Shown here piece by piece: positions 11,988 to 23,220 of a stretch of 64,000 nucleotides of DNA (its first letter is position 1; each line of letters starts with the position of its first letter). The translations under genes were made by a program, and so were the position numbers. A model generated the notes under the pieces. It saw nothing but the letters and a program-made list of their open reading frames with translations. It was not told the origin of the DNA and made no database searches. Source of the stretch: Octopus sinensis (taxonomy: Eukaryota). The stretch spans positions 21,452,001-21,516,000 of the forward strand of contig NC_043013.1 in assembly GCF_006345805.1 (NCBI RefSeq). Reading direction: 5' to 3'.

Positions 11988-12779
11988 AAATATGAAACCT
12001 TGTCTGATGTTAGAACTCTTAATTAAAACCAGTTGCAGGACGGCGAGTTTACGAACAGTGACCTACAGCACGGCCTAAATAACCCCAAAAAAATCAATAG
12101 CTTCATCTGAGGATGACATAATTAAAAATCAAAATATTAAGCGACATTTTAAACTGTAAATTGTTTTAAATGCCGAGGTTCAGAAGGGATGAGTTGAGAA
12201 ATGAGTTTTTCACTTGAAAAGACACGGCTTGCAACAGACTGATCAATATTTAGACGTTAATCCTATACAATTAATATCACCGTTAGGCGATACTTGAAGC
12301 CCCAGTCAAATGGAATTTTATAAAATTTACTGTCCTTTCTTTCAGCATTGGTTCCGATGTCATTTTTTAAATCGATTTACAATGAGTTTGAAATTTATTA
12401 ATATGTATATATGTACATAGATACACACATGTGGGCTTATGTGCATGTATGTACATATATACATAGATACGCATATTTTAGCTGACCCAGTAACTTCAAA
12501 CCCAGTTAGAGATTTGTAGATTTATCGCCTCACAAAACCCTGCCTCTCTTAGTTTCTACCCTGGTTTATCACTTCCTGGTATATAAGCTTTCCCTCGTTG
12601 TCTCGTGTACGTGTTATTCCCAGAGTACAGTCAGTTCTCACGTGATTAATTACTTGATGGAATCTAAGATGACTATTTATGAAGAGTGGCGTTGATGGGA
12701 TGTGTTCTGGAAGCAGTTATTTAACAAAGCCCACTCTCATCTACTAGTGTAGGGCTACGAAAGTAAGTACAGTTACTGA

Positions 12780-13700
12780 TTATTCAGTGACTATGGTTTC
12801 CTTCATGGTGTGGCGTTTACTGGACAGAATGTCTGTCTTCACCACCTCCGCAACCACCTTCAACATCTGCTTCTGTGGAAGTGGCATCTGCCAGTGGAAG
12901 TGGCCGTCGACCAAAGCATTGCGCAACTGCCCTGAAGATTTCGAAGCGACACCTTTCCAACTCATAATACAGAGGAGTGCTTCACTCTTGTCCCATGTGT
13001 TAAAGTATGTTGACTTGAGAAGTTTTCAACTTCCTAAATCAGGAATCTGCTGCGACAGCTCACCAGAGACCCGAACAAATGCACTGAATATTGACTAAAT
13101 CTAGCAAAGGCTTCTTGTTGGTTATATCCCTCCATCTTACAAGTCCGTGTTTCTGCTACAATTGCATGAACTTCTTGGGAGAAACTCTTTCGCTTTGTGG
13201 GTTACTGATCTGATAGGTTGGAAAGTAACCCAAACCTGAATGCCTTATCGCAGTCCCAGCTGGAGCATTCTATCCCAAACTCTGCAACTTGCAATTCTCT
13301 GGTAGTGTTCCATTCTCCACATGTGTCTACTTCAATGTCACCGCTGCTACTTTAGCATCCCAAGATTCCCTGTACTTTATGACTTCCTTTGTTTATTATC
13401 ACAAATTCTTCTGAGAATGGATCCGTAATATATGATGGACCCGTACTAGGCAAAACGTTTTAGACTCTTTGGCAAACTGAACCACTGCCTCAAGTAGCTG
13501 CTGATCTTCTCCAAAGCTTCCACGGTTTATATACTTGATATCTTATAGTAACAGGGTCCGCTAAACGTGGAACTGGACGACATGGTGGTAAATCCATGCC
13601 TTGCACGGATCGGATAACCCAGATTTGTTAACATTCGTAAGCTTAGTCTCAAGGTTATTTTTAACGGATGACAACTGTGTTCTTCGGACTGTTGTCAAAG
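12780..13700 (-). mobile_element. Decayed HERO-like (R2-superfamily, RLE-type) non-LTR retrotransposon, post-RT region
   Basis: Frameshifted translation: KAWIYHHV.., TVEALEKISSYLRQWFSLPKSL..A*YG, EEF, IEVDTCGEW...ELQVAE, SGLGYFP, FLI, TWDKSE, NALVDGHFHW..QMLKVVAEVV. This follows the HERO C-terminal motif order as I recall it. Confidence 0.7.
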
Positions 13701-14101
13701 AGTTTCCTCGAGTCTTTAATTGGTTGTTCTGTTTCTCATAGAATGATAGTTTCGAATGTCGTGAAGTACAACTTTTCTATCACTTACTTTCTATTTAGCA
13801 CAAGGGACCTTGATTATGATGGTATAAAATCTCATCCTTCCCAATGAGACGAGTCTCTCAACTCCTTGTAGAGCTCACCCGCCACTCGCGACTCTTTAAA
13901 TTGTTACAGTCAAATTATTTTTGTAGGCTCTTATGGAGATTATTGCATACTCGGTCTTTTTTTTTCTCTGGTGCCGTTAGCTTTCCATCTTTGCTCACTT
14001 CACTATGGTCGTGGCAAAGGTTAAAAGAGTAACAGGTGTGTGTGTGTGTGTGTAGCCATGCAAGCATGGAAAACCGACGTTACACGATGATGATATTTAT
14101 G

Positions 14102-14143
<42 letters not shown>

Positions 14144-14154
14144 CTTATAGAAGG

Positions 14155-14205
14155 AGCTTCTACAGGACTAGAACTGTTTCATTCAAATGAAATCATCAGG
14201 AAGCT
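14155..14205 (-). ncRNA. Type-I hammerhead ribozyme motif (minus-strand mirror copy)
   Basis: Same core as the plus copy; stem I AGCTTC/GAAGCT is perfect; predicted cleavage between 14161 and 14160. Confidence 0.7.
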
Positions 14206-14252
14206 TCCTGATGATTTCATTTGAATGAAACAGTTCTAGTCCTGTAGAAGTT
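14202..14252 (+). ncRNA. Type-I hammerhead ribozyme motif (plus-strand copy)
   Basis: Stem I AGCTTC/GAAGTT; core CTGATGA (14208-14214); stem II TTC-attt-GAA with a U.U closing pair; GAAA (14227-14230); stem III ACAG/CTGT; predicted GUA cleavage after 14246. Confidence 0.7.
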
Positions 14253-14334
14253 CCTTCTGTAAAATAAATTAATTTACTCTGCTATGTATTGAGTACCTTA
14301 TTTACTGTGGTTAACCCCGACTCAACCCGGGACC

Positions 14335-14373
<39 letters not shown>

Positions 14374-14779
14374 TTTGTGTGTATATGATCACTCGATGTG
14401 CTGCTACATTCTATGGGTGTTGTGCTATCCATGACAATCTCTGCCTTTCCCCTTGTGTGTGTGTGTGTGTGTGTGAGAGTGACGGAGCAAATATATCGTG
14501 ATGTTTTCGTTAACTGAAACAGAAATGGGGGTTTTTTTCACCGTTCTTATAGTGAAATGAATATTGAACACGTTAACATTGGCTGCAACTTCAATTAAGA
14601 TTAAAACAGCTGGTAATTTAATCTAATTAAACAGGCCACTGCTTTCCAATTATAATTTTTGGTTTAAATAATCAAAAATTCATGAGTGAAATAAATTCTC
14701 ACATTAACATCTGTTCTGCAAAACAAAAAACACGGAATTTTTTTTTTTACATAACTTAATTTTTAACCAACACTGTACA

Positions 14780-15120
14780 AACTAATGATGGCTGTAGAAG
14801 AGGTGTCTGTCGGAGTGTACGTTCCAAAAGAGATGGAAGCACGTGGCACGAGTGCAGTGCGTGCAAGGAACCGTGTGAATAGACGGAAAATAAAAGAAAA
14901 AAAAAGGTACCAGCGGTAGATCGGGGCTTGTGGGGTCGGAGCGTGGCCTGATCATCGCTTCATTTGTATTGTTTTTGTATTGTTAATTCCATTCGATTTT
15001 TTTATATATTGTATTTAAATTTTTGAAGTCACATTATATATAAAATCATATCGCCTCACTAATCCCATCAGTTGTTCTGTCCATTTCTATGTTTGGCCCC
15101 CGGTTGGGCAATAAAGAAAT
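14780..15120 (+). mobile_element. Probable 3' end of a Tx1/L1-like LINE
   Basis: Reads SECTFQKRWKHVARV, followed by a T-rich 3'UTR ending ccccc-ggttgggcAATAAAgaaat. Confidence 0.45.
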
Positions 15121-15895
15121 CTGTATAAACAGATGAACATAGCTTGTCTTCAGATTCGGTATTGTCATTGTCAGAAAAACAGGAATCAGTTGAATAAACT
15201 CCAGTCGTAAGTCGGCCCTACATCAGTGACTGATTGCTTTCAACTACCAACGGAGATACTGACTGTATAAACCCACTACAACGGAAGTAAACTGCGTAGA
15301 TTAATTTGCATACATAACGCCTTTTTGTCAGCTGTTTCTGTGACAGCTAAAGAGAGTAATCGGTCGCTGATAAATTTCCACACAGGATTGAAATTAGTGA
15401 AGACGATCACCTCTCTGATAAGGAGAAATCTCTCGAAGGAAGCAAGCTCATCTCTGTGAGCAGGTTTCTAATGGAATGAACTTCCCAGCCAGTCGGAAAG
15501 CCAACAAAGAATTATTAGAACATGTGAGATTCAGAACTCAAGTGACCTAAACGAAGTGCTGATTGGAGAAGAAGATACGATTAAACTACGAAGAACCCAA
15601 AACTAACAGGATATTAATAAACCTTTCCAAGACGTTTTACAGTTTTACATATATATGTCAACTGTCCACAGGACTATCCATTACCAGCAACTCTAATAAA
15701 GGAACATCTTTCCTCCCTATAACTGCATCAAACAGAACCAGTTCGTAAGATGTATCAACTGAGTCGATCTCACCATGGTAGGAAGCCCTGTCAACGTCAT
15801 GCTCACAGCACCTTCATCCAGACTAAAATTTTCAACAAAAAGCGAAACTTATTTCCGAGCCCCAAGTATTTGTAGAACCAATATTTATCTCTCCA

Positions 15896-16110
15896 AAGGC
15901 AGCGAGCTTGTAGAATCGCTAGCACGCCGGGCAAAATGCTTAGCTGCATTTCGTCCGTCTTTACATTCATTCTAGGTTCAAATTCCACTGAGGTCGACTT
16001 TGTCTTTCATCCTCCTGGAGTCGATAAAGTTAAACACTGAGGGCGATGCAATCGACTTACCCTCTCCTTCGAAATTGCTGGCCTTGAGGCAAAATTTGAA
16101 ACCAATATTT
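15896..16110 (+). mobile_element. SINE family B
   Basis: Head and Nin-like core are recognisable. Confidence 0.8.
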
Positions 16111-16289
16111 ATCTTTCCAGTTTCTGTAGAATTTAACAAAGGAGAGAAAAAAGGAGAAAGCACCAACAGTCGTTTTCTGTATTCTTGACGCTATTTAGAC
16201 AAAAGCGCTATTCGAATGACCGCTAATTAAGGTAAATGAACATGTACGATTAATGTAGCAGTGGCGAAGATTATCAAAAAAATTCCAGG

Positions 16290-16630
16290 TGTAGATGTGG
16301 TTGTGTGGTAAAAAGTTTCTTTCCCAACCACATGGTTCTGGGTTCAGTCCCACCCCGTGGCACCTTAGGTAAGTGTCGTCTATAATGGCCACAGGCCTAC
16401 CAAAGCCTTATGAAAAAATTCTGTAGACGGAAACCGAAAGAAGTCCATTGTGTGTGTGTGAGGTGTGTTTGTATTTCACACCCACTACCGCTTGACAACC
16501 GATGTTAGTTTGTTTACGATTCGGCAAAAAATCCCGATAGAAGAAGTACCAGACTTTAAAAAAATAAGTAATGGAGTCGCTTTCTTCGACTCAACTCTCC
16601 AAGGCTTTGCTGTAGCATGGCCACTGTCCA
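16290..16630 (+). mobile_element. SINE family C (head GGCGYAGGAGTGGCTGTGTGGTAAG; CORE/V-like CACCTTGGGCAAGTGTCTT; internal microsatellite)
   Basis: Matches the full-length copy at 41728-42120. Confidence 0.8.
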
Positions 16631-16764
16631 GTGACTGAAGCAAGTAAAAAGAAATGAAAGAATATTGAAAGATGAAATGATCGATAATTTTAAATAATGA
16701 AATCGATCAGAGAATCAAAATTTGAATTTAGTGTTGGGAAAAATTAAATATATTTTTGTATTTT

Positions 16765-16920
16765 ACTTGTTTCAGTCATTGCGGTCATGCTGGGGCACCA
16801 ACTTGATGAAATTTTTAGTCGAATGAATCCACCCCTGGACTTATTTTTATGGCTGGTCACTTATTCTATTGGTCACTTATTCTGAACCTCTCAGTGACGG
16901 AGATGTAACACAGACACAAA

Positions 16921-16995
<75 letters not shown>

Positions 16996-17157
16996 ACGAG
17001 CTTCTTTCAGTTTCCGTCTACCAAATCCTCTCATAAGGCTTTGGTCGGCCCGAAGCTATAATAGAAGACACCTGACCAAGATGCCATGCAGTGTGACTGA
17101 ACCCGGAACCATGTGGTTGGGAAGCAAGCTTTTTATCACACAGCCATGCCTGCGCCT
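16765..17157 (-). mobile_element. SINE family C, near full length
   Basis: Head at 17157, internal (CA)n(TA)n, tail CCCAGCATGACCGCAATGACTGAAACAAG. Confidence 0.85.
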
Positions 17158-17769
17158 ATATTTGTAAAAAAAATAAATAAATAAATAATTTTTTTTTTAA
17201 TGTTATCCAAACAACTTTCAAGTTTCGGAAGCAAATCTATTTCGGTTTATGAACTAAAGAAATTTGAATGCAAGCTTACAATAGTTCCAGATTAAATGCG
17301 ACTAATTATCAATGCTAATTTAATCACATTCATACTTATGTTCTTCACTAATTAATAACCTACACAAAGCTATCGTCTCATTATGACAGAATTATTAAAG
17401 TTTACAGCGTAAGGGACTAAAGTGTTCAACGATAATTATTTGTGAATTAAAGCAATTCTATAAGCTGTAATCCTGTCTCTTCTGTGTGACTCTTTGAATT
17501 CATTCTCTCTTCGGTTCTTAAATCTTTGCCAAATCTCTACTTATTTCCGCTGCGTTGATTTCGAATATAGAATTATCTGCAACTTCTTACCAACCATTTC
17601 AAAATACTTTTACCATTCTCAATAAATAAATATCAATGTCTATTGTTTGTATTCTGTCCTGGAAAAAATATTTCGGAAACTGAAACTGGAGAATTCCAAA
17701 CTTCCAATTTCGAGTTCAAGCCACACGCCGATACCGATTTTTTTTTCTTTCTTTCTTTCCATGCTTGCT

Positions 17770-17780
17770 ATGATGATGAC

Positions 17781-17815
<35 letters not shown>

Positions 17816-17885
17816 CGATGATGATGACGACGACGACGACGACGGCGGCGGCGGTGGTGGTGGTGTGTGTGTGTGGATGTGTGTA
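17770..17885. repeat. Compound (GAT)n(GAC)n(GGC)n(GGT)n(GT)n microsatellite
   Basis: Directly visible; explains the poly-D/M/H ORFs. Confidence 0.95.
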
Positions 17886-18029
17886 TAATAATGATAAAGT
17901 TACCTTCTCGAGTTACGCCGACTCCTAAGAGCCGGTTTCCATGAGGCATAAACTCCCCACCGGGATGGGACGCCAGTCCGTCGCAGAATTACTCGTTTTT
18001 GCCAGCTGTTACACTGGGAAATACGGTCT

Positions 18030-18418
18030 CTTTTACTCTTTTATTCTTTTACTTGCTTCAGTCATGTGACTGTGGCCATGTTGTAGCACCGCCTTTAGTC
18101 GAGTAAATCAACCGCAGGACTTATTCTTTGTAAGCCTAGTACTTATTCTATCGGTCTCTTTTGCCGAACCGCTAAGTTACGGGGACGTAAACATACCAGC
18201 ATCGGTTGTCAAATGATGTTGGGAGGAGACACACAAACATATATATACATACACACGATGGGCTTCTTTCAGTTTCCATCTACCAAATCCACTCACAAGG
18301 CTTTGGTCGACCCGAAGCTATAGTAGAAGACACTTGCCCAAGGTACCACGCAGTGGTACTGAAACCGGAGCCATGTGGTTGGTAAGCAAGCTACTTACCA
18401 CACAGCCACTCCTACGCC
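18030..18418 (-). mobile_element. SINE family C, full length
   Basis: Head GGCGTAGGAGTGGCTGTGTGG through the (AAAGAGT)n-like tail. Confidence 0.9.
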
Positions 18419-19535
18419 TTCATTTTATTTTTCACAACCAAGAACATGAGTGCTCTCTCTGACGACATCCACACCGTTCCGGTTTCATTCATAAAGTTTT
18501 GGTCAACCTGAGGTCATGATATCAAACACTTGCTGAGTGAAGCTGAACCTGAACTCAGAGATTAATAAATAAACATTCTAACCACCAAATTAAATAGGAT
18601 TAACTGTTCTACTGATCATTTATCGACTTGTTCTTTCTTATATTTTACATTTCATATAGCAAAAGATAATTTCTTTTAGTTTGAAGAATTCCAAAATCAA
18701 TTAAGTTTCCATTAAGAAAGGATTGCGTTAGGTGAGAATTCTAAGCTCATGTGCTAAAGAATTGGTTAAATTTTCAATTTGATATTGGAAAAAAACAAAT
18801 GAATCTTTCATCACCTTATTGACATAGAAACCAATTGAGTGAATACAATTATTCCGTGCTGTTATCCACGATCAATTCTAACAAATATTTCTGAGTGATT
18901 CAAATTGATTGGCGCCTCTCAAACCCAAATCTCAATGCAAAAGAGGAGGTGCGGTGTTGACAGTAAAACGTTATTGTTTTACGAAAGATAACGCCAGAGG
19001 GGAGACGTTCATACCTTTCTCAATGATATAAGTGGCGTCAGTAAAGTAAAACTGTTTCTTTGTACAAGTGAAACCACATTGTAATTTTACTTGCCATATT
19101 TTTTTTACCTCCTGTGATATGACTATCTCCATGCATAAATTGAAAGTTTGTCCTTGAAAATTCTTCCCAGAACCACGCTAGTTTATTCGAATCCAATTCT
19201 AGCAGCGAAGATCAACACTAACAGTTCAATGAAAAATCTATTTTACAATTTTGCAGAACGTCTTAAAATATCTCGGTGCATAACTAGACGAACGCAGTAA
19301 AGTAATAAAGTGAAGGCTATCAAGTGAAGTATATACACTGGCACTACGGAACTATGGATCATCGTCAAGGAAACCACTCTCGATACAAAGAGAGGATGAC
19401 TTGAATCGACAAAATCAAGAAGTGGGGCGCGAGGCCGAACGGTGTGTGAGACGTAAGTGGTTTGATTGTCGAATGATCGCAGAAATTGTCACCGACGCTC
19501 TAACATATTACGATGGCCAATTTATTGCTGGTTTC

Positions 19536-20001
19536 AATATTTCCTTAAGAAATCAGGCGGCGAGCTGGCAGAATCGTTAGCTAAATGGGTAAAATGCTTA
19601 GCGGCATTTCGTCCGTCTTTACATTCTCAGTTCAAATTCTGCCTTTCCTTCTTTCGGAGAGATGAAATAAGTACCAGTTGGGCACTGGGATCGATGTAAT
19701 CGACTTTCCCCCTCCCCCGAAATTGCTGGCCTTGTGCCAAAATGCGAAACCATTATTTCCTTAAGAAATAAGGCTGTGAGTAGGCAGAATCATTAACTAA
19801 ACGGACAAAATGCTTGCTTAGTGGCATTTCATCCGTTTTTACGTTTTTAGTTCAAATTCCGCTGAGGTCAACTCTACCTTTAATTCTTTCGGGGAGGTAA
19901 AATACGTACTATTTGAGCACTGGGGTCGATGTAATCGACTTGCCCTCACCCCACTAAATTTCTGGCCACCAACATTTGAAATCAATATTTCCTTAAGAAA
20001 T
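19536..20001 (+). mobile_element. Two tandem SINE family B copies separated and flanked by three copies of an 18-bp target-like sequence
   Basis: A(A/T)TATTTCCTTAAGAAAT occurs at 19536, 19752 and 19984. Confidence 0.85.
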
Positions 20002-20642
20002 ATTCTCAGGATATTTTCAGTTGCAAACCGGAACGATGAAGTCGTGCGTTTCTCAGTAAATCAGAAAATATCGACCCTCGATCAGAGAAGAGTTGCCTTT
20101 AGTATCATTTTCAGTATCTCCGATATTTTAATTTCTATTATCACTCTCCTTCGCAACGTCGATTCTTCTCTGTTTTAATGTCAAATGGCCTCAACTGGTC
20201 CCAACAAACGTTTTCAGGCAGATCAATGTCAATACTGTACAGCTTCATCTAAGTTGTATTTCCAGTATATAAACCGATCGAAACAACTTTCAGTTCTGTT
20301 TCGAAGCTAAACATTCAGCCCCAATTAGATTAACTTCCGATTTGACACTAAAGGAAGGTGTTTTCTTCGCTTCAACTTCAGTTGTATCAGTTTGAAATGT
20401 CAATGAAGTTTATTCTCTTCTGGCGACTCGTCCCATTAATTAAATCTTCATAAGAGACTGTCAGATTAGTAGTTCGTCAAGAATCCCTCCACAACAGCAG
20501 AGTGGGATACGATTTCAGAAAACACAAACAAGTCACTCGAAATTGCATCCATCAGGTCATATCAACTTTATTGATGAAGTTATTTCATTAATATTATTTT
20601 TATTCAACTACTTCGTAAACTACCATTGTTATTACAATCCTT

Positions 20643-21645
20643 AAGGCGGCGAGCTGGCAGAATCGTTAGCACGCCGGGCAAAATGCGAAGCCGTATTTCG
20701 TATGCCGTTATGTTCTGAGTTCAAATTCCGCCGAGGTCGACTTTGCCTTTCATCCTTTCGGGGTCAATAAATTAAGTACCAGTTACGCACTGGGGTCGAT
20801 ATAATCAACTTAATCCATTTGTCCTTGCTTGCCCTCTTTGTGTTCAGCCCCTTGTGGGTAGTAAAGAAATAGGTATTTCGTCTGCCGCTACGTTCTGAGT
20901 TCAAATTCCGCCGAGGTCGACTTTGCCTTTCATCCTTTCGGGATCGATAAATTAAGTACCAAAAAATGTCAGGCCTTGTGCCTATAGTAGAAAGGATTAT
21001 TATCATCCTTGTAGTACGGCTAACTGGCAGAATTGTTTACACGTCGGGCAAAATACTTTCGGAGTCGATGAAATAAATACCAGTTGAGCACGGGAGTTGT
21101 TGTAATTGACTTGCTCCCTCCCCCAAAATTTCAGGCTTTGTGCCTACAGTAGAAAGAATTATTACGATCCCTGAAGGTGGCGAGCTGGCAGAGAATTATT
21201 ACGATCCCTGAAGGTGGCGAGCTGGCAGAACCTTTAGCAAGTCGGACAAAAATGTTTGCAGCGTTTCGTCCGTCTTTACGTTCTAATTTCAAATTCCGCC
21301 GAGGTCGACTTTGCCTTTCATTGTTTCGAGGTAGGCGAAATAAGCACCATTTGAACACTGTGGTCGATACACACAACCAACTCTCTCCGCCAAAATGTCG
21401 GACCTTGTATCTACGGTAGAAAGGATTGTTATTACAATCCCTGGCGCTAGAAGAGCTAGAACAATCGTTAGAGCATCAGAACAAAATACATTTATAGGAG
21501 TCATTCCAGCTAATCACTTTCTGAGCCTGTTACGTCCTTTCGGGGTTGATAAACTAAAGCCCCAGTCAATTTCTGAGTCGTTGGTATCGACCATCCCGCC
21601 CCGACTCAAAATTACTGGCCTTGTGTCAAAATCAGAAACCATTAC
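20643..21645 (+). mobile_element. Head-to-tail cluster of SINE family B copies, including a two-unit copy and a local 37-bp duplication
   Basis: Repeated heads and cores; the ~180-bp unit is duplicated (20695/20875); gaattattacgatccctgaaggtggcgagctggcaga occurs twice at ~21156-21229. Confidence 0.85.
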
Positions 21646-21649
21646 TTAA

Positions 21650-21835
21650 ATCCTCAACCACCCCGTTGTCACGCAGCCAATGAAGGATCAGCCAAGTCCT
21701 ACCTCAACGTCTTAAGGGAAAAAAAGGGACACACCAGATGCTGTAATCCTTAATATCTTCAAAAGACGGGATTGTTACGGCTGGAATGTCTTTGATTCTA
21801 GGGTTCTTCAATCAAAGTTAACCCGGAACTAAGCA
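21650..21835 (+). repeat. Interspersed repeat family D (related copies at ~30840-31000, 37635-37805, 57265-57370)
   Basis: Shared motifs gctagaaatagcagc..aaatctccctcaaa.cacaccct, ggacacattgg and atggctggaatgcctttg. Class not determined. Confidence 0.6.
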
Positions 21836-22509
21836 CCAGCTTCTCCACAATCATTTTAACCCCTCCCTTCCAGATTTTTACTCCTCCCTTCAGTCTATAA
21901 TCCATAACTATTTCACTCTTTCATTACCCCCTTCTTCGACCCCTTTCTCTATGATTCACCTCGCGACTACTACCGCCACCACCATCTCTAAACAGCACCT
22001 ATCTTTCAGCACCCAAACCACTACCATCTTAAACCATTCCAATACCACTCCTTCCCTGCTGCAATCACGCATAACCATTATTAACCACAATTAGTACGAC
22101 TATCGACTTTATCCACAATTGCCATCGTTAACCACATCCACCACCCCCTTTTCCATTATTAACCACCAGCCCCACCACCGCCACCACTGTTACTAACCAT
22201 TCTGCTATCATTATCGTCCACTTAGCGTCATAATTAGCTAACCGCTACCTTAAGAGGAATCTAACAGCGAAACACCGCCTCTTGCGCATTTAGCAGTTTG
22301 GACGAGCTTCCATTGCCAGGAATGATAATCGATAGATCAATGACAGCAAAATTCTAGCCTTTAAACATAATGTACAGCGATTTATTTAAACAGGTGAGTT
22401 GTCTTGACAACGTGTTCTTGCATCCAGTTGACAACTTGAATGACTCTAACACGTCAACATGGATATGTTTTAGTCAGCTCAAACAACACTCTGGCGGTCT
22501 GTTGTGGTT

Positions 22510-22981
22510 TTAAGAAAAAAGAAGTGTGGTGCGTGTGTGTGTGAGAGAGAAGAGAGAGAGAGAGAGAGAGGGAGATAAAGAGGGAGGAGGAGGGAATATG
22601 TCTGAGAGTGTGAGGTGCAGGAGGGGAGAGAATTGTATGTGTGAGAGAGAGGGAGAGGGAGACAGAGGCGAGGGTGAGAAGGGAGAGAATTGTGTGTGAG
22701 AGAGAGGGGGAGAAGGAGGAGGGAATATGTCTGAGAGTGTGAGGTGCAGGAGGGGAGGGAATTGTATGTGTGAGAGAAAAAGAGAGAGACAGAGGAGAGA
22801 GTGAGAAGGGAGAGGAGTGTGTGTGTGAGAGAGAGGGAGAGAGAGAGAGAGCTGGAGAAAGAACGTCTGTGCGTGTATGTGTGTGACAGAGAGAGACAGA
22901 GAGAGAGAGAGGAGGGGAATAGAAGAAAATGTGTAATTGTGTGTGTAAGAGAGTGGGAAGGGGAGAGAATGTGTGTGTGAA

Positions 22982-23012
<31 letters not shown>

Positions 23013-23169
23013 AGAGTAGAAGACAATGCAACAATGTGTTTGTGTGTGTGAGAGAGAGAGAGGGAATGTATTTGTGTGTAAGAGAGATAGGGGAAGGAGA
23101 GAGAATGCATGAGTAAAAGAGAGAGAGAGGGGGGGAGAAGGGAAGAGAATGTATTTGCGTGTATGAAGG

Positions 23170-23203
<34 letters not shown>

Positions 23204-23220
23204 AACAACGTGTGAAAGTG
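22510..23220. repeat. Compound (GA)n/(GT)n purine-rich tract with an internal ~100-bp duplicated unit
   Basis: gaggaggagggaatatgtctgagagtgtgaggtgcaggagggg occurs twice (~22585 and ~22715). Confidence 0.9.

Larger units (their letters stand above)
14137..14270. repeat. 134-bp near-perfect palindrome centred on AAG|CTT (14203/14204)
   Basis: 67-bp arms. The inner 47 bp are perfect; 3 transitions lie in the outer part (14144, 14148, 14156 versus 14263, 14259, 14251). Confidence 0.95.

Noticed and set aside
12560-12700. LTR with TATA box and primer-binding site
   Set aside because: No second LTR and no TG...CA termini; the adjacent coding relic is non-LTR.
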